64,000 bases of DNA from Shigella virus Moo19. Below the pieces are notes generated by a model, which searched no databases, was not told the DNA's origin, and saw only the letters and a program-made list of their open reading frames with translations. The stretch lies in the sequence record MZ358387; one strand, 5' to 3'. Shown here piece after piece: positions 41,801-51,847 of this stretch (position 1 is the stretch's first letter; every line of letters starts with the position of its first letter). The translations under genes were made by a program, and so were the position numbers.

Positions 41801-44800
41801 CAAACTCAATATTGTTAGCACCCATCAACGTATCGAACTTCTGTTGAGCATAGTAACGGTCAGCAGGGTTAGTGCTGTTCGGGTCTGCCATGAAGTCTTC
41901 TACTTTCAGGTTCTTGGTAACGTGAGTGTAATACTCCTGAGCACGAGCCAGAGCAGCAGGATGAATTGCAGCCTCAGTTGCTAGTGCAGCAACAATGTTG
42001 GTGAACAGACGACGTTCTTGCATGTTCATAGTAAAACCATGCCCCTGAACATCACGAGTTACCTTAACTGCATTCACTACTGCGTCAGAGAATTTACCCT
42101 TACGCATATGTTGCTGTACCGGGTCATTACCCAGGTAGTTCGTAATGAGACGGTCAAAGGTTTGACCCAGTGAAGTAAGACGGTCATTGTTGCCATAAGC
42201 AGTGCTATGGAACAGGGTAGCCTCAGCAGTAACCGGAGCAACCGGAGGCTGTGAACGCATCACTACAGCAGAGTTAAACAGCAGACCGGAGAACATATCT
42301 TCACCGTAAGCAGGGGCTTTCTTACGACCAAAAATGAGGCGTTTAATTGCTTCATAAACATCTTTAACCATCCTGGTAAGAGCAGTGGTTTTCTTCTGCT
42401 TCTTAATCAGTTCATGGTTGGTTAAGCCCCATGCCATGTACTCATTCAGTGCAGCAGCTTTAGCCATTGCTGGGTCAATGAAACCGTTGGACAGATGACC
42501 ATTGATAGTATCCAGTGCATCAGCGTAAGCCTCACGCATAGCCGGAGTATCTTTGGATACATCCAGACTACGGAACTGTTCCATCAGATTCTCGATGTTC
42601 TGTACAGCTTCATTGGTCTGGCCTTGATAGTGGTCAAGTACAGTCTCAAAAGTAGAAGCATGAACCAGTTCATGAATCAAGGTTTCCATTGATGGGCTAA
42701 CCAGGTAGACAGTCTTATCTGCAAAGTTAGTCCAACCATAGATATTACCTGCATTTGCAGCTTCAATATCTTCTGGAGCAGGACGCTCTACGTTACGTTC
42801 CATTGCATACTGGTCAATCTGGTTCACGTTACCGTAAACAACCTTGTAGCCTTTAGCAGCCAGTGACTTCTGAATCTCATTCAGTACAGCAGCCTGTTCA
42901 ACAGGAAGGTTGGACTCTTTAGCCAGTTTGTTAATAGCAGTCTGAGACAGCACACGAACACCAGACTTCAGAGCACGGCCTACAGTATCAAACTTATTAG
43001 TATCGGCTACTGGAGTCTTCTCAGCTTTACGAGCCTCTTTACGAGCCTGCAATTCAGCATCGAATAGCTCATTCAGTTTTGCTACTTGCTGGTCAACAGT
43101 CAGACCATCCAGAGAGATATTACCGTTGTTCACATAAGGGGAACCAACAGCAGCCATCTGGTCAACAGTAGTCTGTACCTGGTTCATTACCTTGTGACGG
43201 ATATCGACACCCAGAGCAATGTTACGCAGGTTACGCTCAATAAGATTAACACCTGCTTTCTCAATCATATCAATCTTATACTGCCTGTCACCATCAACAC
43301 GACTGATATGAGAAAGTTGTTCAAAATCCAAAGCAGAACGGGCAATACTATCAATTGCTTCATCTGATAACTTATTGAAATCTACATTTTTTACAAACTT
43401 AGAGAAGGAGTCATACACATTCTTGATAGGGTTACCCTGCCATGAAGTGTATACAGCTTCGTTAGCCTTACGGCTTGCATCAGTGATGTCATTGATACCG
43501 ATGTTCATACCATCAAAGATTTTGAGAGTATTTTTCGGTGCACCTTTCATAATAGAAAGGGTCTGCATCATCATGCCGTCACCAGTACCAATCGTCATGA
43601 AAGGAATACCAGCAACACCAGCTTGTGACGGTGCATAGATGCTCATTGGCACACGCATACGGTCATCAAAGTTGGTAGCCAGAACCTGGTTAGCAACATC
43701 AGTATTCTCAGAACCAGCAATGTAGAAAGTCTGGGAACCAGTCTCAATCATTGGAGCTAAGTCAGACAGTGAAGCCTGAATATCGTTAAGCTCTTTCTGA
43801 GTTAAGAAGTCACCCTTCTTCCAGTTAGGGTCTTTTTCTTTTTCTGCCAGCTTCTCCTGGACACGTTGCTGGAACATGTCTTGCAGAACCAGAGACTGAA
43901 TCTGGGTAGCTTTCTGAAGCTGTTCAGTGGAGTGCATCAGCCCTTCACCAACAGTATTCTGAATACCCTGTCTCATTGGTTCAACGAAAAAGTGCAGCAT
44001 GTTCTCTTGCAGAGACTTCAGTTGCTCACCTTTGACAGTGAACTTCTGAGGGTCAATCTTGCCAGACATAGCAGTACCAGTGTCTTCAAGAGACAGTTTA
44101 CCTTTACGCATAACTGGAACAGTACCAGTCAATGCTTTCATGTCTTCAATGAAACGACCGAGCATAGCCTCAGCATCGGCCTCAGATGCTGCCTGCTTGC
44201 CGAACATTGCCATAGCCGGGGAAATGTCCGGGTTCTGTGCACGGGCTTGCAGAACGTCGCTGAAGCGTTCGTAGATGGCATCAGTAATTGCACTCACCAT
44301 CTTGCCTGCAATACCACGAGCACCGGAACCATAAATGGTAATGGTCAGTGGGTTCTTGGCAATGCCACGTTTCAGTTCGAGGTTGCCTTCTTCATTGATG
44401 TTATAGTCAGGAATGAACAAGTCCATCAGAGAGGACAGATGATTCATCTGAGTATTAACAGCCGGGTTATTGGCATAGGTATTTCGCAGGTTAGTCAGTG
44501 CAGCTTTCAGACCGTTAGTGGATGCTTCGTACAGGTCAACGCTATCGTCAATAGAACGATGTTCGTTCATCGTCTTACCAGCACGACCAAAGAATAGACC
44601 ACCCTTAGCAGTATTCTGTACCCATTCTTTGGTGAACTTACCACCAGTCATCAGCATCATTGCGTTAATCGGACCGTTGGTTACACCATCAGCCTCAACG
44701 TACAGTGGAGTGTTGAACTTAGACTTGTCTTCAGCATTCAGGTAACGGGCATACTCCATCAGAGCCATGAGAGCTACGAAGGATTTATCACCACCCAATG

Positions 44801-47800
44801 CAGTATTCAGAATCTCAACAGAGTTATCTGGCAGGTTCCCAGTTTTATCGAAATCAACCATCATATCGACAGCAGGTTTCAAATTGCCTTCCAGTGCAGC
44901 AGTCAGTTTTGCTGACATTGCCTCACGAGACATGTTGTGAACCTTGATGCCCAATGCCTGAGCCAAGCCAACCTGGAAATCAGAGAAGGTCTGTGAGTTT
45001 TCATTGGACAGGTCAATAGTAGAAAACGTAGGCAGAATAGCTTCACGAACCAGCTTACTGGACTGAGGATTATTCTTACCAAGCATCTGCATACGACCAA
45101 CACGAGTCATGTTGTAGGCATAGTGGATTGGAGTTTCCAGTCCGTTTTCCTGTGCACGAGTTTGCTCTACCACACTAAACAAGGAATCATAAGCCATAGC
45201 TACTGACAGGTTTTTACCTTCCAGTGACTTAGCAGTATTCACATTCAGCAGTTCAGGATTAAGCGTACCAGCACCCATCAATTCCAGAATCTTGTCACGA
45301 CCCATAGCCTCATAGAAGTTAACCATAGGTTCATGAATACGGAACTCAGTAGCCTGTTCTGCTTTCAGAGCAGCTTTCTGTTCCGGGGTATTCTTAACAG
45401 CAGGGTTGCGTAACTGAGTCTGAGCCACAGAAGGTACGTCGTCACCGAAGTACATTTTCTCTTCTGGTTCTACCAACACAGCTTCTTCAATTGCTGTAGG
45501 GAATTTATTGATAGGGTCATTGTCTGCCAGCTTATCAATGGTATACAGACCAACAGTCTTAGTGGAGTCTGGGTCAATTTCAGAGACATCTAGCATAGTC
45601 TCAGTAACTTCACCTGCTTCAATAAGAGCAGACAGAATCTCAGTTGCCATAGCAACAGGGATACCTTTGGTATAACCCAGTGGTGCATTAGGGTTACGGT
45701 CAAAGCCCCAGTAAGATTCAATTTTCTGAGCCAGTGAGTTAGTAGCTTCAACGAGAGTCTGAGCATTCTCAAACATCTCAACTACACCTTCCGGTAACAG
45801 AGCCTGTTCAATACCAGTAATAGCAGCCACGTCTTTAGCATCTTTAACGGCAGCATTCTGAGTAGCAGTCAGTCGCCATTGCAGACCAGCAAGTACGGCA
45901 GTTTCAAGCAGAGAATCGTTGAACTTAAAGCTATTGCCATCTGGTTCAACAATATTCAGCAGCTTACCACCAACCCAACGGTTAGCTTCAGTGCCCTCAG
46001 CAAAACGCTTACCTACGTTCTTGTTAGACAGGAACTTAGCCAGTCGGTCATTCAGAATGGATTTAATGTTTTCACCCGTGTTCATCAGGTCTTTATAACG
46101 ACCAGATACATCAGGGGTAAGAGCAGTATTCTCACTCTGAGTAAACGTTTCGAAACGTGCATTAGAAGACAGAGCCTGACCAATATCTTTCATTGGAGAC
46201 TCGGAACCAGTGGTACGAGACTTAGGTTCAGCAGGTAATGAGTAAGCAATCTTGAGGTAATTTTTTACCCCAGGCTGGCTGACATCAGTACTCCCAACCA
46301 AATCAGGATAAGCAGCGTCAATACCACTACGAGTGGATTCCACTTCATTAGTAGTTTCCTCAGTATTTTCAGTAACATCCTCGATGCTACCCTCATTGAT
46401 GAGGGTAGCATCCTTTGCCTTTTCGGATTGAGGCTTAGTTACTTTCTCTGGTTCTGCCTTAGACTCAGTAAAAGGAGCACTATTTTCTACCGTCGATTCC
46501 CTATTAGGAGTTACAGTAGGTGCAGCCTCCTGAGTTTGTGCAGGAGTTTCGTCAACTTGATTCACTGGTTCATTAGTCTGTTGGGATTGAGCAGCGTCAA
46601 GATTGCCCTGACGGAACTCTTTAACCACCTGGGCAGCAGGCTTGTCCAGACGTGAATCCAATGAGGTAACATTGATATGAGAAACGTTAAGCTCCGGGTA
46701 AGCCGTAGCAAGTGCATTAGCAATATCAGCTACGGTTTTGGCTTCCAGTCCTACTTGCTGGGCAAACTTAACCGACTTGGTATCGTAAGGATTAACACCG
46801 AGTCCAGTACGACTTCTTACCCATTCACGGGAAGGGGTGAGGGCTTGGTAATGGACAGACTTATTCTTATCCGCATTCCCAGAAATCAGATGTTCATTCA
46901 ACGCTCCGACCTTGTTCTGCATGTGCTGGGCGAACTGCATAAAGTCGCTCAAATAAGCGGAAGCCAAATCGAAGTTACCAGAGTTATACGCAGACCGAAT
47001 GCGTTTAGCATGTTGCAACGCAGAGTACTGGCCTTCATTAGAACGAGACTCGTCGGTTTTAATCTGTTTACCCACAATGTCTTGAGGCCGTAAACCAAGC
47101 TGTTCAGCTTTGGTATCAAACTCACGTGCTCCCTGTAATAGAGCAGCAGCGGATTGCAGGGCAGCACGTTGACGATTGTTCAACGTAATCTTGCCTTCAC
47201 TCGCATGTTTCAGAACCATGTTCACTGAATCAGCGTCCAGTACTTCCGGGCTTACGTCAGCAGCCATTGCTACGTTGTTAGCCTGATTCTGGTCTGCTAC
47301 ATCTTCGGTCACATTCAGATTACCTTGTTCAGCTTGTTCCTGAATCATGGAATGAATGGCACGGAATGCACGAAGTACCTTTGGAGTATTCTGGATGTTA
47401 GCCATCAGACCCGAATACTGGTCGAGCACAGCATTAGCAGGACTATCTTTAGGCAGATTGTTCAGTGCAGCAGGGTCACGGTTAACGAAGTCTTCCATCT
47501 GCATAACCATGTCGTACATATTGGCAGCAGCTTCCATCATCTGGTTCGGGTCTTCAGTAGTGTTAACTACATCAGCCAGTTTCTGGATTACCTGAACTCG
47601 GTCAGTGGAACCGTTAACAGCTTCCTGAACCACAGGAGAAGCATCAGCAAATTCTTCCGGGTTAATACGGGTAGCATTAACCAAATCACTTGCATACTGG
47701 TGTGCAGCAGCCTTCTCTTCAGGAGAGATGTCCATTGCTTCAACAGCATCAGCCATAGTTGCCTGAGCAGTATCTGCTTGTGCAGCAGCTTCCTGAGCAG

Positions 47801-49310
47801 CCTCAGCTACTTTAGCGTCAGCAACAGGAGAAGCCTCTTCATTGCGTCGTGCAACTTCTTCACCACGTTGAACCAGGATATTGGTAATAGGTGAAGCAGC
47901 TTTAGCTACGACATTACCAGCAGCGTTAAGACCAGCCAGGGTAGTACGCAGAGCAGGACCAGCAGCAGCACTTGCAGCTTTAACAGCAGAGCCAGGAGCT
48001 TGAGCAACTCCAGCAGAGCCGAAGCCATAGAGTGCACCCAGACCAGCTTGCTCACCCACACCTTTGAGTGTGTCACGGGTAGCATCAACGTTACTCCGAA
48101 TTGCACGGTTCTGTGCATACTGACCAGTACCAGACTGAATACCTTCTTCCACAGTCTCACGAAGCATGTTGGAACCAGCACCAGCAAGTGAACCTACTTT
48201 CAGTGGATTCAGTTCAAACTTGGATACCAGTGGACCCGTTGCAGCAGCAACCGGAGCAGTGATAGCAGCAGCATCAATACCTGTTTCAGAAGCAGTCTGA
48301 CGACGAGCTTCATCTGGAGAAAGACCATCTTTGATATGTTGCTGATAAACAGGAGACTTAGCAGCCAGTTCTTCATGAGACATTTTCATAATCTCAGAAG
48401 CAGTTTGCTGATAAGCACCACCAGCTTCCATTGTGCCAATAGCAATGGCAGCAGGAGCAACCTTAGAGGCAGCATTAACCAACTGTGCAGGACGATGGCC
48501 TAATTCAGCAGCAAGTGCAATTGCACGAGCAGCTTTTTCACCACCCATTACAGCACGACCTAATGCAGCAACCCCTTTAATAAGAGGACCACCCGTAAAC
48601 AGTGAGCCTACTCCTTCGCTCAATCCATCTGTTGCAGCCATACCAGTGTCAAGAGTGTTGGCAACAGAATCATAAGCGTCACGGCCAATACGAGAAAGAG
48701 AAGCGACCAAATCACTCTCGCCATCTTTAATATCCTGTTCGTATAAACGCTGGTTTTTCTGAGCAGATAGCTGGTTCTGGTTCTGAACTACTTTACGGGA
48801 AAGATTTAAAGCATCAGACTGAAGACCATGAACACCTTCATTCAACCAGTCCATGCCACTAGCTATGGTAGCACCAGCATTATCGTTGATAAGACCTGTT
48901 CCAAGAGAAGCAATGCCCCCAAGGGTATTAGCAACACCAAGACCAACACCAGAAAGAGAATCACCAATTGCTTCTGCATTCGTTCTCTCTCTGGATAAGT
49001 CCTGACGAACAGAATCGGCTGCATTAGCACGGCTATTAAGAATACGAAGACCTTCTTCGGTTCCATACTTAGCAATAAGTTCCATTGGGGAGGCTTGAGT
49101 AAAATCAGCCTGAAGTGAACCTGGTTCGAATGCACCAATGCCGAGATTACCTACCCGACCTGTTTGAAGGTTATAGGCAGTATCTGGGGTGAGTTGGAAA
49201 GGGTTATACCCTTCAGCAGCTTGCTTCTGGGAGGTTGCAGTAGAGACATCGACTTGCTTAGCATTAGTGATGCTGTCTGCGAAACCTGCCAGTCTGTCAA
49301 ATGTTGACAT
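38871..49310 (-). CDS. Virion-encapsidated giant RNA polymerase (N4 vRNAP gp50-like), ~3479 aa
   Basis: Size; T7-like motifs in central part (YVEADGVTNG; RGIAKNPLTITIYGSG; KIFDGMNIG), the two Asp 392 residues apart; ATG 49310 has aggaaa RBS (track start 49352 is GTG). Confidence 0.85.
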   Translation of the reverse strand: MSTFDRLAGFADSITNAKQVDVSTATSQKQAAEGYNPFQLTPDTAYNLQTGRVGNLGIGAFEPGSLQADFTQASPMELIAKYGTEEGLRILNSRANAADSVRQDLSRERTNAEAIGDSLSGVGLGVANTLGGIASLGTGLINDNAGATIASGMDWLNEGVHGLQSDALNLSRKVVQNQNQLSAQKNQRLYEQDIKDGESDLVASLSRIGRDAYDSVANTLDTGMAATDGLSEGVGSLFTGGPLIKGVAALGRAVMGGEKAARAIALAAELGHRPAQLVNAASKVAPAAIAIGTMEAGGAYQQTASEIMKMSHEELAAKSPVYQQHIKDGLSPDEARRQTASETGIDAAAITAPVAAATGPLVSKFELNPLKVGSLAGAGSNMLRETVEEGIQSGTGQYAQNRAIRSNVDATRDTLKGVGEQAGLGALYGFGSAGVAQAPGSAVKAASAAAGPALRTTLAGLNAAGNVVAKAASPITNILVQRGEEVARRNEEASPVADAKVAEAAQEAAAQADTAQATMADAVEAMDISPEEKAAAHQYASDLVNATRINPEEFADASPVVQEAVNGSTDRVQVIQKLADVVNTTEDPNQMMEAAANMYDMVMQMEDFVNRDPAALNNLPKDSPANAVLDQYSGLMANIQNTPKVLRAFRAIHSMIQEQAEQGNLNVTEDVADQNQANNVAMAADVSPEVLDADSVNMVLKHASEGKITLNNRQRAALQSAAALLQGAREFDTKAEQLGLRPQDIVGKQIKTDESRSNEGQYSALQHAKRIRSAYNSGNFDLASAYLSDFMQFAQHMQNKVGALNEHLISGNADKNKSVHYQALTPSREWVRSRTGLGVNPYDTKSVKFAQQVGLEAKTVADIANALATAYPELNVSHINVTSLDSRLDKPAAQVVKEFRQGNLDAAQSQQTNEPVNQVDETPAQTQEAAPTVTPNRESTVENSAPFTESKAEPEKVTKPQSEKAKDATLINEGSIEDVTENTEETTNEVESTRSGIDAAYPDLVGSTDVSQPGVKNYLKIAYSLPAEPKSRTTGSESPMKDIGQALSSNARFETFTQSENTALTPDVSGRYKDLMNTGENIKSILNDRLAKFLSNKNVGKRFAEGTEANRWVGGKLLNIVEPDGNSFKFNDSLLETAVLAGLQWRLTATQNAAVKDAKDVAAITGIEQALLPEGVVEMFENAQTLVEATNSLAQKIESYWGFDRNPNAPLGYTKGIPVAMATEILSALIEAGEVTETMLDVSEIDPDSTKTVGLYTIDKLADNDPINKFPTAIEEAVLVEPEEKMYFGDDVPSVAQTQLRNPAVKNTPEQKAALKAEQATEFRIHEPMVNFYEAMGRDKILELMGAGTLNPELLNVNTAKSLEGKNLSVAMAYDSLFSVVEQTRAQENGLETPIHYAYNMTRVGRMQMLGKNNPQSSKLVREAILPTFSTIDLSNENSQTFSDFQVGLAQALGIKVHNMSREAMSAKLTAALEGNLKPAVDMMVDFDKTGNLPDNSVEILNTALGGDKSFVALMALMEYARYLNAEDKSKFNTPLYVEADGVTNGPINAMMLMTGGKFTKEWVQNTAKGGLFFGRAGKTMNEHRSIDDSVDLYEASTNGLKAALTNLRNTYANNPAVNTQMNHLSSLMDLFIPDYNINEEGNLELKRGIAKNPLTITIYGSGARGIAGKMVSAITDAIYERFSDVLQARAQNPDISPAMAMFGKQAASEADAEAMLGRFIEDMKALTGTVPVMRKGKLSLEDTGTAMSGKIDPQKFTVKGEQLKSLQENMLHFFVEPMRQGIQNTVGEGLMHSTEQLQKATQIQSLVLQDMFQQRVQEKLAEKEKDPNWKKGDFLTQKELNDIQASLSDLAPMIETGSQTFYIAGSENTDVANQVLATNFDDRMRVPMSIYAPSQAGVAGIPFMTIGTGDGMMMQTLSIMKGAPKNTLKIFDGMNIGINDITDASRKANEAVYTSWQGNPIKNVYDSFSKFVKNVDFNKLSDEAIDSIARSALDFEQLSHISRVDGDRQYKIDMIEKAGVNLIERNLRNIALGVDIRHKVMNQVQTTVDQMAAVGSPYVNNGNISLDGLTVDQQVAKLNELFDAELQARKEARKAEKTPVADTNKFDTVGRALKSGVRVLSQTAINKLAKESNLPVEQAAVLNEIQKSLAAKGYKVVYGNVNQIDQYAMERNVERPAPEDIEAANAGNIYGWTNFADKTVYLVSPSMETLIHELVHASTFETVLDHYQGQTNEAVQNIENLMEQFRSLDVSKDTPAMREAYADALDTINGHLSNGFIDPAMAKAAALNEYMAWGLTNHELIKKQKKTTALTRMVKDVYEAIKRLIFGRKKAPAYGEDMFSGLLFNSAVVMRSQPPVAPVTAEATLFHSTAYGNNDRLTSLGQTFDRLITNYLGNDPVQQHMRKGKFSDAVVNAVKVTRDVQGHGFTMNMQERRLFTNIVAALATEAAIHPAALARAQEYYTHVTKNLKVEDFMADPNSTNPADRYYAQQKFDTLMGANNIEFDAQGRSSLLPTFVGLAMVSEEVRNVLTDMPVMKADKASGNTIDAMLTNIGVAAMDSLNKRVAGDTKATNVQEGIDALAETIMESSLNAQSFYDSVATPTGNMIDRANQYIVDGVERLADATLDTARDVAANAKNPLVKATAHAAQLVAAIATEKNGEKVAQGVMAAMNQGKAWQPFYDLVNDIVGRTKSNASVYDMIKAVRSQVQADRQQFREHLPTTIASKFSRKLTDAEWKAMHTGMGKTDLAVLRDTMSLGEIRDLLSSQKEMDKLVNKLEADLQNQAGRNWPLINRKSKQLAQYMINGTVGNNLLRNAEAISRLLGERTSVKSTVDVDTLDKLITLYAIEAMSQADREALASLAQTETEGMDFVTSYLVGQRVEEKRKAQNDDRARLNHYKGYIPSETKQGVNLIVAEDSQFNELSEKSFTRIAGYQGSSGERTRSRGYYFSPVAARAPYSQGILQNVRNTAGGVDVGTGFTMGTMVAGRITDKPSVDRITKALAKGERGNEPLMPIYDGNGRVVAYEHSIDPNMLTHIAGEDNLAKAIGVWRGRQVEEAKAQKFNDALIENLHAMYEKDMADSTSNKSQYINLLGSKLDPVTADAMRLMNAETRQKAESLFGNGELWVRRDMLNDALGYRAASVGDVWTGNSRWSPETLDTFKKAMLGVFGNRAYKYFMQGENITQTVVREAKTLIVVKSLVVPAVNFLANLYQMVARGVPVKDIAKGIPQKTAEINQYMKSRLRQVDAEAELRATTNPNQARKLKAEIQSINDSYKRMSIWPLLEAGEFSSIADAGISRDDLLIPDGKVQEYMQRLADKLPKKLQTAGRYALITKDTALFQGIQKTVEYSDFIAKAIIYDELTKRKGKSKEEALGRVTEEFINYDRLPGRFRGYMESMGLMWFYNFKIRSTKVAVSMIRNNPVHAAMAMLAPTPTMFGNVGLPLQDNLFSAAADGRLDYSIGLGQGLRAHNLNPWMNLVN

Positions 49311-49372
49311 AGCTTGTTTCCTGTTCAAACTTATATCTATAAGAGAACTCACTGTACATTAAGTGAGGGTAA

Positions 49373-49398
49373 GAAAAAAGCCCCGAAGGGCTTTTATA
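49373..49398 (-). terminator. Terminator between upstream virion gene and vRNAP gene (hairpin aagccc-cgaa-gggctt; U-run on - strand)
   Basis: Read directly. Confidence 0.55.
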
Positions 49399-49401
49399 GT
49401 A

Positions 49402-51366
49402 TTACTGATTTTGTCTTGGTTGCATATACTCTGGCAACCCTTGTGCTTGTCTCATATATCGAGCAGCACGCTCTCTGTTTTCTTTCTCAACTGCCCGGTC
49501 TACGGAAGCCTGAGATTGAAAGTTTCTCGGAGCCAGATTCTGTGGGTCAGCTTGAACCTGTCCTTGTGCAGCTTGCAACATTGCAGCAGCTTTCTGTACT
49601 GCTTCCTGACGTGATGGAAGCAACGCAGTGAGTGCAGTCTGACCTGTAGCAATCTTATTCTGAGTGTTATTGAGTTGAGCAACAGCAGCGTCATAAGCTG
49701 TCTGTGCAGCCTGGATATTTTGAATAGCCTGAGCATTACCCAGATTACGAACACTTGCTTCCAGTGGTTCACCACGCTTCAATCCCTCAACCATCTGGTC
49801 TACAGCACGGTCATTAAGACGCAAGCCATTACCAGCTTCATTACTAATGAATGGGTTTAGTGCATCAATACCACGACTAATATAGCCTTCCGGTACGTTG
49901 GTCATTGCACGTTGAATAACGTTAGCAGCCATCGCCGGGGACACATTAGCACGTTGACTAATATCATTGATACGAGCCACAACCCAATTCTTATCAGCAC
50001 CCTTAAAGTCACCTTCCAGAAGTTTGGAAGCAACTTCACCTACAGTAGAGGTGTCATTCAGAGAACGTAAATAATCAGGGGTAATACCACCTGCATTATT
50101 CTCCATCAGACGAGTACCAATCATACCAGAAGCAAGAGTAGATACAGCCTGATTACCCTGAGCATCCTGAACCAGAGCAAGAGGATTAGCTCCTACTTCA
50201 GCCTGAGCAATCACAGGTTTAATCTGTTCCCAGGTCATATCTTTGTAAGCACCTGGAGAAGAGTTAGGCAGAGCAGCCCAGGTATCTTTCAAGTTGCCAT
50301 TCTTACGAGCTTCAAAGATAGCCTTACCAATCTTCTCCTGATTCTCAGCAGACATTGGCTGACTAGCCCAGTTATCTCCCAGTACTTTAGGTGCAAAGTC
50401 CTGAAGAGTAGCCTGATTAATCTGGAATGCACCAACAGGGGAAGCACCCAGATTAGTCTTCATACCATCCTGATGTTTGACCACATCACCAATGCTCATC
50501 TGAGTAATTGGAGTAGAGGTTGGGGTAAAACCATACGTTGTATCATATGGAGAACCAGCACGAGTACCAGCAGTTCCTGGGGCAGAAGGAGCACCAACCC
50601 CATTGCCATAGACACCTGGGTAAGCCTGAGCAAGTAAACCTTGCAGACGAGCCTGAGCTACTGGGGACAGTTGCTTACTATATGCCTCAGCCAGGATACG
50701 AGCATCGTTGGGGTTCTCAGCACCACGAGTAATCTGAGACATAACACCCATAGCAGCCTGAGCATCAGCATCATTACGCATCTGAGTACCCAAGTTGAAA
50801 CGAGATTGGTTGTTACCAATACCACCCCGTTCCTGACCTTGCAGACGACCCATAATATCAAGAGCCTGGTCAGCAGGAAGAGTAGACAGAGCATCCCCTA
50901 CCTGACTTTGTGCAGCCTGAATCTGTTTAGGGTCACCAGACTGGTAAGCCATAGCCAGTTGACGAACAGCAGGGGAAGCAGCATCCATTGCAGCGTCAGT
51001 AGTCTTAAGACGACCAAAACGGTAATCATTATAGGCATTAGTCCCAGCCTGACCTTCCTGGTTCAACAGAGTGCCAGCACGGTTATCCAGATTTTCCAGA
51101 GTACGGGTACTAATCAGATTGGGGTCAACACCCTCAAACAGAGCACCAGATGCCAGAGCATTACGGTACGCTGTAGGGTCTTGATAACGCATAGCGTTCA
51201 TCATGACAGCACTGCCAGCATCCTGACGAGCAGCGTTCTGGAAGTTACCCAGTGCATCACTCAAGCCAGTAGTGGCATTACCAATCATGTTGCCAAATGT
51301 GCGAATGCTATCACCAACTCCAGAGAAGTTAGGTGTATCAACATTACGCCAAGTAATTTGAGCCAT
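49402..51366 (-). CDS. Virion structural protein (N4 gp51 position), Gly/Ala/Gln-rich
   Basis: ORF track; aggaaa RBS; late-operon position. Confidence 0.5.
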   Translation of the reverse strand: MAQITWRNVDTPNFSGVGDSIRTFGNMIGNATTGLSDALGNFQNAARQDAGSAVMMNAMRYQDPTAYRNALASGALFEGVDPNLISTRTLENLDNRAGTLLNQEGQAGTNAYNDYRFGRLKTTDAAMDAASPAVRQLAMAYQSGDPKQIQAAQSQVGDALSTLPADQALDIMGRLQGQERGGIGNNQSRFNLGTQMRNDADAQAAMGVMSQITRGAENPNDARILAEAYSKQLSPVAQARLQGLLAQAYPGVYGNGVGAPSAPGTAGTRAGSPYDTTYGFTPTSTPITQMSIGDVVKHQDGMKTNLGASPVGAFQINQATLQDFAPKVLGDNWASQPMSAENQEKIGKAIFEARKNGNLKDTWAALPNSSPGAYKDMTWEQIKPVIAQAEVGANPLALVQDAQGNQAVSTLASGMIGTRLMENNAGGITPDYLRSLNDTSTVGEVASKLLEGDFKGADKNWVVARINDISQRANVSPAMAANVIQRAMTNVPEGYISRGIDALNPFISNEAGNGLRLNDRAVDQMVEGLKRGEPLEASVRNLGNAQAIQNIQAAQTAYDAAVAQLNNTQNKIATGQTALTALLPSRQEAVQKAAAMLQAAQGQVQADPQNLAPRNFQSQASVDRAVEKENRERAARYMRQAQGLPEYMQPRQNQ

Positions 51367-51378
51367 GATGGTTTCCTA

Positions 51379-51834
51379 TTAGCGAGAAAGTTTATTCTTC
51401 TCAATGTACTCGTCAGCAGTAGATTGGTCACGGTTTTCTGCAACAGCACGACTACGTGCACGGTCTTCTAACGCAGTGTTATAAGACTTAATCGAGTTAT
51501 TAAGGTTCGTGTTAGTAATGTCCTTAGTAAAGGACAACTGGTCTTTGGCTAACTTGTTAGCCTGGAAACCACCATAGATATTAGCCAATGAACCAAGAGC
51601 ACCAAGTCCCAATTGGAAGGTTGGAATATTCAAGCCTAAGCCCTGAGATGCCCCACCAAACAGAGAGGTATTACCAGCAGAGGAAGTACCTGGGGAAGTG
51701 TAATCTCCCAAAGTCATGCCCGGCTGATAATTCATTGCTGGAGTATTAAAGTTTTGGTTCTGGTTGTTACCAGATAACCAGGACATCCCACCAGCATTTT
51801 GAGAGGGATTCCCTGTAAGGAAGTTCAAATCCAT
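51379..51834 (-). CDS. Virion protein (N4 gp52 position), Gly/Asn-rich
   Basis: ORF track; aggag RBS. Confidence 0.45.
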   Translation of the reverse strand: MDLNFLTGNPSQNAGGMSWLSGNNQNQNFNTPAMNYQPGMTLGDYTSPGTSSAGNTSLFGGASQGLGLNIPTFQLGLGALGSLANIYGGFQANKLAKDQLSFTKDITNTNLNNSIKSYNTALEDRARSRAVAENRDQSTADEYIEKNKLSR

Positions 51835-51847
51835 AAGGATTCTCCTG

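Noticed and set aside
39042-48675. Numerous + strand ORFs of 60-243 aa inside the giant - strand gene (e.g. 41094-41780, 43866-44597, 47325-47894)
   Set aside because: They are antisense to a single uninterrupted 10.4-kb ORF with polymerase motifs; low-complexity, Ser/Cys-rich translations typical of shadow frames.
50641-51471. 276-aa + strand ORF inside the - strand virion gene 49402-51366
   Set aside because: Thr/Ser-rich shadow frame opposite a well-supported late gene in a uniformly - strand operon.
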